This document shows, in pieces, positions 10,075 to 22,539 of a stretch of 64,000 nt of DNA (position 1 is its first letter; each line of letters opens with the position of its first letter). Origin of the DNA: Squalus acanthias (Eukaryota); assembly GCA_030390025.1 (NCBI GenBank), contig CM059433.1, positions 5,270,001 to 5,334,000 on the forward strand. The letters are read 5' to 3'. A program made the position numbers and the translations under genes. Below the pieces are notes generated by a model. That model searched no databases, was not told where the DNA came from, and saw only the letters and a list, made by a program, of their open reading frames with translations.

Positions 10075-11260
10075 AATGTAATGAAATGTCCCAAGCTGCT
10101 TCACAACTTGGTGTAAGTAAAGCAGACACCAAGCCAGAAAGGGAGAGATTAGGTGGGGTGACTGTAACCTTGGTCAAAGGTCAAAGGGACGGGCTTCAAG
10201 ATGGTTTCTAAAGCGGCAGAGAGCAATGCAGAGATGCAGTGGTTTAAGGAGGTAGTTCCAGAGATTAAGATCGAGACGGCTGAAGACTCTAACTCTGGTG
10301 AGGCGAAGAGAGGGAGGGATACACAGAAAGATAGAGTTAGAGGAACACAATGTTCAGGAGGAGATATAGTACTGGAGGAATTTGCAGAGATAGGGTGGGG
10401 AAAGGCCATGGAGGAATTTATGGATAAAGACAGGGATTTTAAATTTAATGCATTGTGTGGTTGAGAGCCAGAGTAGATCAGTGAAGATGGCGGGGGGTGG
10501 GGGGGTTGGTGGGTGAGTAGGACTTAGCAGGACAGGATATGTATGGCAGAGTTTTGGACGATTTGGAGTTTATTGGAAGGTGGACAATGGAAGGCCAATA
10601 AGAAGAACATTATAATAGTCAAGTCTGGGATTGACAAAGGCATGTGTGAGGGTTTCAGTGGTGGAATGGCTGCGGTAGGAGTGGAGGCCGGCAGCGTTGC
10701 AGAGTAGGAAGTAATCAGACTTATCATGGAAGGGATGTGGGGTTTAAAACTCAGCTGAGGGCTGAACAGGATGCAAAGATTGTGAACAGTCTGGTTCAGC
10801 CTGAGCAAGTGGCAAAGGAAAGGCATGGAGTCAGTGGCAAGGGAGTGGAGTTTGTGGCAGTGGCTGAAGATGATGGCTTTGGTCTTCCTGATGTTGAGCT
10901 GAAGTCAAGCACTGGGGGACGGGGAGATAGCGTTGAGGCAGGTGAGGGATTGAAAGAAGTGCTGGAGAGGTAGAGCTGCGTCACATCAGCAAGCCTATGA
11001 AAGCTGACACCTTGTTTGTAGATGAGGAAGATGACAGTGCTGAAGTTAGATCCTGTGGAACCTTGGAGGTGATGATACAAGGGGAAGGGAGCAAAGCCAT
11101 TGCTGGAAGTGCTCTGACAGCATTTGGATAGGTAGGAAAGGAACCATGCAAGAGCAGCCCCATGGAGTTGGATGATGCAGTGGTAGTGTTGCAAGAGGAT
11201 GGCAATGGTCAACCATGTCGAACACTGCAGCAAGGTCAAGAAGGATGAGGAGGAGGGCGG
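10075..11260 (-). mobile_element. Old, degraded L2 LINE
   Basis: Fragmented frames LLILLDLAAVFDMVDH, LADVTQLYLS, KLQIVQNSAIHIL. Confidence 0.75.
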
Positions 11261-11431
11261 TTGCGGGGGGTGGGGGGGGGTGGATTGCAGGGTACTTTAA
11301 CTCTAGTTCCTCTTGCATGCAGTGTTTAAAGCTGTAAAAATGATAACATGATAAAAGCTAAATTGTTACATAAAGTGGCTCTGGGAAAAGAACTGTTGTT
11401 GAAAGTTGACCAAATATTGTAAGGATCAGAG

Positions 11432-11608
11432 AGGGTCAGCTTCTGCAGGGAGTTCTCCTGCTCACCTGCTGTAAATTTAGCAAAAGAGTCGCGGAAACCT
11501 TGGACAAATGGGAATAACCTTGTTTGCGCTTTTTTTTCAGGGTTCCGGGGATCTTCCGCTGAAGTCACGGTGGGCGAGCGGGGAGAACCCCGGCGGAAAT
11601 TCATCTCC
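11432..11608. mobile_element. Short hairpin-type MITE
   Basis: Imperfect long inverted arms, e.g. GGAGTTCTCCTGCTCACC / GGTGGGCGAGCGGGAGAACCCC. Confidence 0.5.
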
Positions 11609-12899
11609 ATACTGTTTCATGACTACGATTGCCAAGACCAATAGGACGTTCTAAGTAACCAGTTCTGTATTAGAATAGTCCAAGGAACAGGGAGCATTGG
11701 TGAGCCAGCGTGTGAAGCACTGTGTCCAGCTACAGTTACTATACTTGGTAAAAGACACCAGAGGTGGCAGAAGAGATTCAAGGGAAGGCAGCAGACTTTA
11801 GATCATTGAGCTCAGATGAGAATTTTAAGGAAGCTTGATCTGTTCTCACTGGAAAAAAGATGAAGGAGAGCTTTTGTGCACCCATCCTAATATCTTCTTC
11901 CTTGGCTCTGTGTCAACATTTGACTGATAACGCTCCTGCAAAGCACCTTGGGACATTTTCCTACATGTTAAAAGCACGACATAAATGCAAGTTGTTGTTG
12001 TCACGAGGTAGTAAGGACAATTGCTCGAGCCTTTGATTTTCACTGACTAGTTTGGCCAGTCTTTAAATTTGATCTCACTTCTTTACAGTGTCTATTTCCT
12101 CCGGTTACAAAGCAACTTATAATCTTTGGAGAGGTAAGAGTTAATTTAGCTGCATTAAAAAATAATAAGCCCTGCTCACAAAATTGTAACTTTAAAAAAT
12201 AGTTTTCCAGGTCTTGTTTCAACATTATTTTAAAAGAATAGATGATAGAATCACACTGCAGAGAAGGAGGCCCATGGTGCCTGTGCCAGCTCTTTGAAAG
12301 AGGCTCTCTAATTAGTGCCACTCCCCTGCTTTGTCCCCAGAGCCAGACAAATTTTTTCTTTTCAAGTATTTATCCAATTCCCTTTTGAAAGTTACTCTTG
12401 AATCTGCTTCCCAGGCAGCGCGTTCCCGATCACAGCAACTCGCTGCGTTAAAAAAATTCTCCTCATCTTCCTGTTGGTTCTTTTGCCAGTTATCTTGAGT
12501 TAAACGTGTCGCGCTCTCACTTCCAAAGCAATTCCTGTGCTAGCAAATGTAATTGTAGGATTGTGTGTAAATTCAAACCTGGGGTACAGAACTCAAAGAG
12601 CCATTTCATGCTTGAATTTAACAAGTTTGGTGCTGCTTCATTCGTCTGAAAAATAAGACAATGATGGTGTTGAATGCTCAGCTGTGCCTGTCCATCTCGG
12701 CTACTGTTTTTATTCTCTGCAAGTGTCCTTCACAGTTAGCAGCTGATTTCATATTCATACAAATTGACGGATCCATTTTCTGCTCATATTGTAATGTAAC
12801 CCTACTGGAATGGAATAAGTCTTTATTAAGAACAGCAGACATAGCTTTATGGGAAGTATAAACCATGTGCTGCTAATTACTTTGAACTTTGTTGTACTT

Positions 12900-13287
12900 T
12901 TTTTTATTCGTTTATGGGATGTGGGCATCGCTGGCAAGGCCAGCATTTATTGCCCATCCCTAGTTGCCCTTGAGAAGGTGGTGGTGAGCCGCCTTCTTGA
13001 ACCGCTGCAGTCCTTGCGGGGAAGGTGCTCCCACAGTGCTGTTAGGGAGGGAGTTCCAGGATTTTGACCCAGCGACAATGAAGGACAATGACAGCGGCAA
13101 TGAGACTCCACACTTGAAAGAATTCCAAGTCAGGATGGTGTGTGACTCGGAGGGGAACTTGGAGGTGGTGGTGTTCCCATACACCTGCTGCCCTTGTCCT
13201 TCTAGGTGGAAGAGGTCGCGGGTTTGGGAGGTGCTGTCGAAGAAGCCTTGGCGAGTTGCTGCAGTGCATCTTGTAGATGGTACACAT
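12900..13287 (-). mobile_element. 3' fragment of a CR1/L2-group LINE
   Basis: Same family as 2768-3232. Confidence 0.8.
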
Positions 13288-14754
13288 CTGACAAAGTTGA
13301 GCTGTCCTTTCCAGTCCAAACTTTCTGAGCTACTGTCTATCGAACAGTAAAGAAAATGGAATAAGACTATGAACATCAAACAAATTCCAAGGATTGTCCA
13401 AGACCACCAAATATAATGGCCCAGAATGTGCTGCAACCGGCTCACGAATGACACCCATTGTTAGTTTCTTCTTGCCCTCGCCCGTTTAATCTCCATAATA
13501 TTTTTGCACTGCAAGTTGCTGAAAATGCGAGGTGGAAATGGCACAGCACCCTCTACAGGGCATCTGGGACCTGTGTGAACAGGGCAAGCGACTCTGTGTC
13601 TCCTTAACCAATCAGATTGAAGCATTGTGAAATGAACACTGAGAAGGAAGTGTAAGTTAGAATGGGTGAATTCAATGTCAAATCAGGTACAGAAAGAGAA
13701 AGAAACAGAGGGAAGAAAGATTGGATTAAGAGAAAAGAGAAAGAAAAAGTTAAAAAAAAGTTAATTTAATTTTTTTTTTAAAAAGTCTTCAACAACAATT
13801 AAAACCTGAAGGAATGAGACTCCACACTTGTAATTGTTAACTTTCAGTGCCAGAGTGGCTGACTGGCAGTAATTATCATTATCACATCATTAAAAGGGTA
13901 CTTAGACTTGAAATAACTTGACTTAACTTTCGGTGGCGAGGTTACTTCGCATCTACCGGGCAAGTACAGGAACTTCACGGTGCTCAATACATTGGAACGT
14001 GGAGCCAGACAGTGAGACGACTATTTCGTGAAGCTAACGGCAAAACGGCGCATCTCCAACAGCAACTTCTCGATTTCTGCGTTTAACCGCGCATCTGCCC
14101 TCGCCTGAAGTTGCTGTGGTATTTGCGCATAAATAACGGCGCGCGCTATTAGCCTCGCCGTTACTTTGACAGCAGATCTGGAGCCAATGTTCCTGAGCTA
14201 CGAGAACCACACCAATAAGGACACTTTGTTCAGTGTTTTTTAATTGGTACAGAATCATCACCGGAGATGTCATCACTCCACCATCTGCGATACAAAAAAA
14301 GGTAGAAAGAAATTAGTAAGCAAAATTATTTCCCAAACACATTTTAAAATTAAAATGGCCATAGATGATCCGTGACACATTAATACAGAGCATTGAAGCC
14401 TCCTGCCAAGGTGGAGTGAAAATCAGAGGAAGAGTCACCCAGTGCTGCTGTCCTGCAAAGCCCATTTAGTTTGCTCAGCACCTGGTCACCTTCTGAACTG
14501 CCGTGGGTGCATGAACTGAGGAGAAAATAGAAGGAATTCATATTCTCACAAAATAGCCTTTTGCAAAAATCTCTGTTTTGCATGCTACTGGACTAAGACA
14601 AGCACCGTGGTCTTCACAGGTGGGTAGCTGAACTCTTCAAATTGTTAACCTAGACCATTTGATTTTTGCAATAAAATGACTTCAAATTAAAAACTTTGAT
14701 TGGTGCAGACCTTAGGAGGCTCTTTTAGGCAGGCATTTCAATCTGTCCCTGGAT

Positions 14755-15612
14755 TAAGAATACATAGGATTACATAGGATATACGGCACAGAAACAGGCC
14801 TTTCAGCTCAACCAGTCCATGCCGGTGTTTATGCTCCACTCGAGCCTCCTCCCGTCTTTCCTCATCTAAATCTATCGGCATAACCCTCTATTCCCTTCTC
14901 CCTCATATGGTTGTCCAGCCTCCCCTTAAATGCATCCATACTATTCGCTTCAACCACTCCCTGTGGTAGCGAGTTCCACATTCTCACCACTCTCTGGGTA
15001 AAGAAGTTTCTTCTGAATTCCCTATTGGATTTCTTGGTGACTATCTTATATTGATGGCCTCTAGTTATGCTCTTCCCCACAAGTGGAAACATTCTTTCTG
15101 TATCCACTCTATCAAAACTTTTCATAATTTTAAAGACCTCTATTAGGTCACCCCTCAGCCTTCTTTTTTCAAGAGAAAAGAGACCCAGCCTGTTCATTCC
15201 TTTCCTGATAGGTATACCCTCGCATTTCTGGTATCATCCTTGTAAATCTTCTCTGCACCCTCTCCACAGTGACTCTATATCCTTTTTATAATATGGCGAC
15301 CAAAGCCTCCTCCCGTCTTTCCTCATCTAAATCTATCAGCATAACCCTCTATTCCTTTCTCCCTCATATGCTTGTCCAGCCTCCCCTTAAATGTATCTAC
15401 ACTATTCACTTCAACCACTCCCTGTGGTAGTGAGTTCCACATTCTCACCACTCTCTGGGTAAAGAAGTTTCTTCTGAATTCCCTATTGGATTTCTTGGTG
15501 ACTATCTTATATTGATGGCCTCTAGTTATGCTCTTCCCCACAAGTGGAAACACTCTCTCTGTATCCACTCTATCAAAACCTTTCATAATTTTAAAGACCT
15601 CTATTAGGTCAC
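14755..15612 (-). mobile_element. Two tandem CR1 3' fragments (about 14755-15300 and 15304-15612)
   Basis: Both encode ...FDRVDTER.FPLVGKSITRGHQYKIVTKKSNREFRRNFFTQRVVRMWNSLPQ.... Confidence 0.9.
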
Positions 15613-16630
15613 AGCACTCTAACCATTGAGGATTTTACTTCCATGCCCCCAAATTTGGGCTTACCATAGCTATTGTTAGGATATTTTCACTCTCCTATAA
15701 ATGCCTCAATAGACAGAGGAGCTAAACATCACTTAAGAAAAGTACTTCTTTCATTTGGTAGGATTTAAAGCAGCAGGAATGAGCAAAGTATAAAATATTT
15801 CTAACTTGCGATATTTATAGGAGAAGAATACCCTTGGCTCTGAACTGACAGCTTAAGTTTATTTGAAAGGAAAGTGTCTAATGCAAATGACAGAAAAGTT
15901 ACTTCTTTCTATTCTGTAGAGAGTTGGAGATTCCTCATCTGATAAATAATCCAGGAAAGAGAAGCAGATTTCTCCAACAATAGCAACCAATATAACCAGG
16001 GTGAAAATAGCCCCCCCAAAAAATCAATGGATCAAATACAAAATATGATTGTCTAGTAAAATAAATATTAGACCAATCACAAATGAACAAGAATGATTCC
16101 TCAAATACGGTCGGAAAAGAGTCAAAAGGCGAACAGCTCATAGATTCTAAAGATCAGAAAACCTCTTACATATCCCAACAACTTAGAAGCTATTTTGCTT
16201 GAAATAAAATTGGTTTACTCCATTGTAGCTATGGAAACAGAGACCTAAAAAGCTGTGTGACGTTTATCATCTTCAAATATAAAATGTATTTTTACAGATA
16301 ATGTGAATAATACAGAAACAAACATACATGAAAAATTAAATTTGTATGAAATGTAGAGTATCATTTAGACTCAGGGTGCGGGTCCATTTTAGATAAGTAA
16401 ACAAATAATAACTGTTGTGAGTTAAATGGACATGAGAAAATTGTAAAGAGAATCATCAGATGTTATCTTTCTGTCAAGGACAAGTCCCTGGGGAGGAGGG
16501 AGGATGAACAGCATTTCCCCATTGAGCTTTGGCCATTATTGTGTTGGCCAGACAGTGGAGGTACGTTATTTCATGATTAAAAAAAAATTCTACTCTTGTT
16601 TATGAACTCACATTCATGTGAGTCATCAAT

Positions 16631-17457
16631 GGGGAGCTTTTGGAGGCGGGACTCCCACTTGTCGGGTTTTAGTCCCGCCTCCATCGACTTGTGGCCAACC
16701 CACGCTATTTTCCCTTGATTGACCTTGTTAAGCCCGCCCAGTGGGCTTAGCAGGCCAATTAAGGGGAAGCCGGTTACAGAGAACGTCAGCGAATGACGTT
16801 TCATCTGTCAAAAATTTTTGACAGATGAATTGTCATCGTTTGACAGCTCTGGGAAGCTGTCAAACACTGACATTCTCTGTTGTTTAATGAGTCCTTGTAT
16901 TCAAGACTCATCAAACCTCTTTTGTGAGCAGAAATTAGATGGATGTTGCATCAGAGAATGCAGCAGCCATCTGTCATCTCTGCCGGTGAGATGCGAGAGT
17001 CTCCGCATCCCCAACTGTTGAAGCCTGCAGGAAGAAACAAAGGTAAGTAAACATTTTCTATCACTTTCCACTCACCTCACATACTTACCTCTCCACACTT
17101 GCACCCATCACTTACCTCCACAGCGCACTTCTGGACCCCTCTGACCCCCGCAGACCCACTGCTCGCCTCGGTGACTCTGGTGGGGTTTACCGATGTCGGG
17201 AAGCCCGCGCCTCTAGTGGAAAAATGGGGATAAGCCTCTTAACTGCCTGTTAACTACCTGTTAACAGGCAGTTAAGTGGCTGTAATCCCCTTCCCACCTC
17301 CAGGTGACGGGACCCGGCGCGGGTCGGCTACCCGCCTCCTGGGAAGATGGCACGGAGGCGGGTTGGGGGCGGGATGGGCACCTGCCCCCAGATTCTGCCA
17401 TTTTCCCGGCAGTCCCGCCTCCAAACCCGCCTCCCCAGGGCTGGCAAGATCGCCCCC
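16631..17457. mobile_element. Harbinger-type non-autonomous element with internal palindromes
   Basis: Degenerate GGGG... / ...CCCC TIRs, GC-rich subterminal regions, perfect palindrome at 16800-16829. Confidence 0.55.
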
Positions 17458-17469
17458 ATTGAGTATATT

Positions 17470-17755
17470 CAGTCGTTGAGTATATTCAAAACAGAGGTCG
17501 GTAAATGTTTGGGAACGAAGGGAATCGAGGGAAATGGGGATAGTGCACGGAAGTGGAGTTGAGGTCGAAGATCAGCCATGATCTTATTGAATGGTGGAGC
17601 AGGCTCGAGGGGCCGTGTGGCGGAGCAGGCTCGAGGGGCCGTGTGGCGGAGCAGGCTCGAGGGGCCGTGTGGCGGAGCAGGCTCGAGGGGCCGTGGGGCG
17701 GAGCAGGCTCGAGGGGCCGTGTGGCCGACTCCTGCTCCTAATTCTTATGTTCTTA
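17470..17755 (+). mobile_element. CR1 3' fragment with five tandem 26-bp copies (17593-17722) of part of the 3' UTR
   Basis: Unit GGCGGAGCAGGCTCGAGGGGCCGTGT starts at 17593, 17619, 17645, 17671 and 17697. Confidence 0.85.
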
Positions 17756-18464
17756 TATTATGTTGTTTCATTTTGCAGGTATTCAAAATCAAGTCCTTTT
17801 TTTTTAGCTTTGCTGCCTGCTTTCCTAGTTACTGTTTTATGTATAATGATTACACTGATATAGGCTTGTCTTCCTTCTCTGGCTGGTTGCCTTTAACTGA
17901 GTTACCTGGTTAGGAGAGACGAGTCAGGCACTGGTTCAAATCACTCCCGAATGTTCACACTGCACTGGCTTTAACTTCATGTCCTCCTGAAATCTTCTGC
18001 CTAGGAGTTATAAGGAAAGGGCCAATGACTGCTGTCCAAAAGCACAGCATTGTCTGCACTGTCCTACCAGAAGGACGGTTCGATTGGGGGAATTACCAAT
18101 CCCAACAAAGTGTTTTGCTCTATTCCTGGTCGGCTCTTGAGTTCTACATCCAAGTACAAGGTGACGGTGGCAGAAGCCCAGAGTCGCTCGTCCCCGCCTG
18201 AGAGTCTGAACCCATCCCTTCTAGGGGGAGTCCTGCGGAGGCGAGTGGACAAACTGGCTGTTAATTCTTTCCATTTTGGGGGGTGGGGGGTGTTTAGGGG
18301 TGCATTATAATAAAGTACTTGAAAACTGGGGGCCTGCAATAATACAAACTAGTAAAATAAATGCACATACTGCATAGTACTGCAACATCTCTAAGTAAAT
18401 TATTTTTGGAACTCACTCAGTGAGTTGCTTTTGTTGGAATGTAGTAACTGTTTTATAAAGATCA

Positions 18465-18840
18465 AAGAAAGACTTGCGTTTCTGTAGCGTCCTTTATGAC
18501 CTCAGGACGTCCCAAGGCGCTTTACAGCCAATGACGTGCTTTTGAAGTGTCGTCACTGTCGTAGTGTAGGGAAACGTGGCAGACAATCTGTGCACAGCAA
18601 GGTGCCACAAACATCACCAAAAGCAATGAGATAAATAACAAGATAATCTGTTTTAGTGATGTTGGTTGAGGGATAAATATTGGCCAGAACTCCCCTGCTC
18701 TTCTTAGAATAGTGTCATGGGATCTTTTACGTCAGTACTGCACTGACGTAAAACAGCCTGGATTTTGGGCTCAAGTCTGAAGTGGGGCTTGAACCAAGAA
18801 CCTTTAACTCTAAGAGTACAACCACTGAGCCACGGCTGAG
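18465..18840 (-). mobile_element. Deu-domain SINE, diverged
   Basis: Similar to 29452-29910. Confidence 0.75.
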
Positions 18841-19092
18841 AACTAAGCAACCTGTGCCAGCCTGCAGCAGGACCTGAACAACACCCTGACACGGGCTGAC
18901 AAATGGCAGGCAACATTTGTTCCAGATAAATACCAGGTAATGACCATCCTGAAAAAGAGAATGCCCACCCATTTCAGCGTCTCACGCCCAACTATTTATC
19001 AGCTGCTACATCAAGGACGAGGTGCCGTCTTTCGGATGAGATGTTAAACCGAGGCTCCGTTTTCTCTCTCAGGTGGATGTAAAAGATCCCAT

Positions 19093-22000
19093 TGTTGAGG
19101 CTGCCGCGAAACACGAATGGAGGCTGAATCCATATGTGGAAAACAAGAAAACTTTAATTCACTGCATGGCACACAAAAATGGCTGAGAGAGCTGCTCCCA
19201 GAATTCTCTGGAAAAACTCCCAGAATTCTCTGGGTAAAACCTGAGGCCCCGCACCCTTCTGCCTTAAAGGTAATGTGCCTTAAAGGGGAAGGTGCTGGAA
19301 GTTTGTCCACAGACGGAAGAGTGGATTATGCCCGTTTTAGGTGGCGATCCGCCACACAGCTCCCCCCAGAATCCGCTTAGGAGGTGTGGACGAGACGGTG
19401 CGGCGGTCTGATGGGCCGGCCGGAGCGGCTCTTGCAGGACGCCGGTGGACGTGGAACGGCTGGGCGTGGAGCAGCCGGGTGAACCGGCTTGAGGGCAGGT
19501 CGGCCGCGTGGAGGTGGACGAGCTACAGGGACCTGCTCCCCGGGCTCCGAGTGTGCTGGCTTGAGTCGGTCCACCGACACTTTTTCAGTCCTGTCACCCA
19601 CTTGCAGGGTGAAAAATTTGTCCCCAGCCTGTAGCACCTTGTAAGGCCCGTCGTACGGGGGTTGAAGGGGTCCGCGGTGGGCGTCGTGCCGGACGAAAAC
19701 AAACCGTGCCTGGTGCAGGCTTAGTGGAACGTGTGAGGTGGATTCGCCGTGTCGGGCAATGGGCACCGGGGCGAACTGCAGCGTCGGTGAGGCGAAGTCG
19801 TGGCATTGCTGGTCGGCTGACCAGGGTGTCGTGGCGGTGGGCAGGAACTCGCCGGGTACGCGCAGCGGCTGACTGTACACGAGCTCTGCTGCCGATGCGT
19901 GGAGGTCTTCTTTAACCGCGGTGCGCAGGCCGAGGAGCACCCACGGAAGTCGGTCGGTCTAGGCGCCGTCTTGGAGGCTGGCTCGAAGAGATGCCTTCAA
20001 GGATCTGTGGAACCGCTCACACAGTCCGTTGGCTTGGGGGTGGTACGCTGTGGTGCGGTGAATGGTCACCCCGAGATTGCGTGCGACGGCGGTCCAGAGT
20101 TCAGAGGTAAATTGCGGACCTCTGTCCGACGTCATGTCGGAGGGGACGCCGAACCGTGCGACCCAGGTGCTGACGAAGGCTCTGGCGATGTCGGCGGTGG
20201 TGGTAGAGGTCAGTGGAATTGCCTCAGGCCAGCGTGTGGTGCGGTCAACGATGGTCAGCAAGTGCGTGTGGCCTTGCGACGGCGGCAGGGGCCCGACGAT
20301 GTCCACGTGGATGTGGTCGAATCTCCGCGAGGGGACGGTAAACTCCTCGAGGGGTGCTTCCGTGTGTTGCTGTACCTTGGCCCGTTGGCATGCCTGGGCC
20401 GCGTTTTTGAGGCCGAAGGGCATCCGCAGGAACTCGAACAGGCCGAAGGGGGTGATTACGGCCGTCTTGGGGACGTCCGCGGGGTGGACGGGGACTTGGT
20501 GGTAGCCGCGCACCAGGTCGACCTTGGAAAAGACTGAGCGGCCAGCCAGTCGAGCCGAGAAGTCCTGAATGTGCGGCACGGGGTACCGATCAGGGGTGGT
20601 GGCGTCATTGAGGCGGCGGTAATCCCCGCACGGGCGCCAACCTCCGCCTGGTTTGGGGGCGATGTGGAGTGGGGAGGCCCAGGGACTGTTGGAGCGGCGG
20701 ATGATGCCGAGCTGTTCCATGGTGGCAAACTCGGTCCGCGCGATCTCCAGTTTGGCCGGGTCCAGCCTGCGGGCGTGGGCGTACACTGGGGGGCCTGTGG
20801 TGGGGATGAAGTGTTCCACCCCGTGTTTGGCGGCCTCCGCAGAGAAGGTCGGATTGGTAATGGCCGGGTATTCAGCCAGGAGTGCCGAGTAGTCATCCGT
20901 GGCCCGGGCGTGGCACTGTGACGCCATGTCGGCGGGTTGGCGGGGGGCCATGGCGCCCAGGATGGGGGACATGGTGTTCATGTCCACGAGGCGGTGACGA
21001 AGGTGTCTACCAGTAAGCCGTGGGCACACAGGAAATCTGCGCCGATGAGGGGGGAGAGCACCTTGGCAGTGATGAACTCCCATCGGTAGCGGTGACCAGC
21101 GAGGTCGAGGGTGACTGTCCGGGTGCCGTACGTCCGGATTTCCGAGCCGTTAGCAGCAGCCAGCGCCGGTCCTCGTTCGCCCTTTTGGATGTCGAGGGAG
21201 GAGGCCGGGATGATGCTGTGCTGAGCCCCAGTGTCGCACAGGAACCGGCGGCCGGTTTTGTCATCCGTGACGAACAGCAGGGAGCCCGCGTGGCCCACGG
21301 CCATCGCGGGGGCTGGAACGGGGGCGGACTTGAAAGAGCAGGGAGGTGTGCACCGTTGTGCCCTGGCGCCGAACCGTGCGTGGTAGTAACAGTGGCCCGG
21401 GTTAGTGGGGCGTGAAGGCCCCGTGGGCCTGGTGACAGGCCCTTGTGGCCGTGTGCTGGATGGTGAGGGGCGCGCCCAGGCATTGGCTGCCAGGTCCGGA
21501 GTGACGTCGCGGCTGGAGTGAGCGGACAGCAGCTTGTCGGCCTCATCGGCCAGGGCTTCCAGGTTCGTGAGGCCGGACGCCACGATCGCTGGGCGGATGC
21601 TGAGAGGGAGCTAGCGGATGAACAGCATGCGGAAGAGGGATCCGGGTGGGCTCTCGTCGGTGAGGGAGAGCATGTGGGAGAGGAGGTCTGACGGTGAGGC
21701 ATCACCGAGGCCTGGAAGGTCGAGGAGGTGGCAGTTTCTCTGATATGCCGAGGCCGTAAATTTTTTAAGGAGCGCTGTTCTGAGATGTGCGTACTTACCT
21801 TCCTCTGGTGGGTTCTGCAGCGTTGTCCAAACCTTGGAAACTGCGGCGCTACTGAGTGATGTGATGAGATAGTCGTACTTTGTCCCATCTGTGGTGATAT
21901 TTCGCAGCCAGAAGTGAGATTCAGCTTGGAGAAACCAGGCTTCGGGCTGGTTTTCCCAAAACTCCGGCAGTTTCACGGAAACTGCGTTCGTGTCCGCCAT

Positions 22001-22305
22001 TGCAGTGCTCGGAATACGTTCTGAGCGTCGGGGTCACCAATGTTGAGGCTGCCGCGAAACACGAATGGAGGCTGAATCCATATGTGGAAAACAAGAAAAC
22101 TTTAATTCACTGCATGGCACACAAAAATGGCTGAGAGAGCTGCTCCCAGAATTCTCTGGAAAAAACTCCCAGAATTCTCTGGGTAAAACCTGAGGCCCCG
22201 CCCCCTTCTGCCTTAAAGGTAATGTGCCTTAAAGGGGAAGGTGCTGGAAGTTTGTCCACAGACGGAAGAGTGGATTATGCCCGTTTTAGGTGGCGATCCG
22301 CCACA
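19093..22305 (-). mobile_element. Gypsy LTR retrotransposon, CsRn1-clade-like, internally deleted
   Basis: LTRs 19093-19356 and 22041-22305 (TG...CA) differ by one substitution and one indel by my reading. CCAT TSD. PBS TGGTGACCCCGACG (22026-22039, minus). PPT GGGGGGAGCTG next to the 3' LTR. Confidence 0.95.
19377..22000 (-). pseudogene. gag-pol pseudogene: gag (CHCC motif), protease, partial RT, integrase
   Basis: KLPEFW...PEAWF gag start, CYYHARFGARAQRCTPPC, FLCDTGA, SPWASPLH...WRPCGDYRRLN...MPFGLKNAAQ, HVDIVGPLP...SDRGPQF...HPQANGLCERFHR, GPYKV. In-frame stops at 21611 and 19959 and a frameshift near 21000. Confidence 0.93.
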
Positions 22306-22539
22306 CCATGGCACTATTTCGAAGAAGAGCAGGGGAGTTATCCCCGGTGTCCTGGTCAATATTTAAACTTTAACTAACATCACTAAAACAGATTATCCGG
22401 TCATTATCATATTGTTGTTTGTGGAACCTTGCTGTGCGCAAACTGGCTGCCGCGTTTCCTACATTACAACAGTGACTACACTTAAAAAAAAGTACTTTAT
22501 TAGCTGTTAAGTAATTTGGGATGTCCTGAGGTCGTGAAA

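Noticed and set aside
12678..12808. Possible terminal host exon on the minus strand (acceptor TTATTCCATTCCAG, RVTLQYEQKMDPS...)
   Set aside because: No recognisable protein family and no linked exons; needs RNA-seq or BLASTX.
14380..14517. Possible minus-strand exon after CTATTTTCTCCTCAG
   Set aside because: All three frames hit stops or are unrecognisable.
21611..21613. Programmed gag-pol stop readthrough
   Set aside because: The TAG lies mid-gag, upstream of the CHCC motif, in an FIR*LP context better explained by a CAG-to-TAG mutation.
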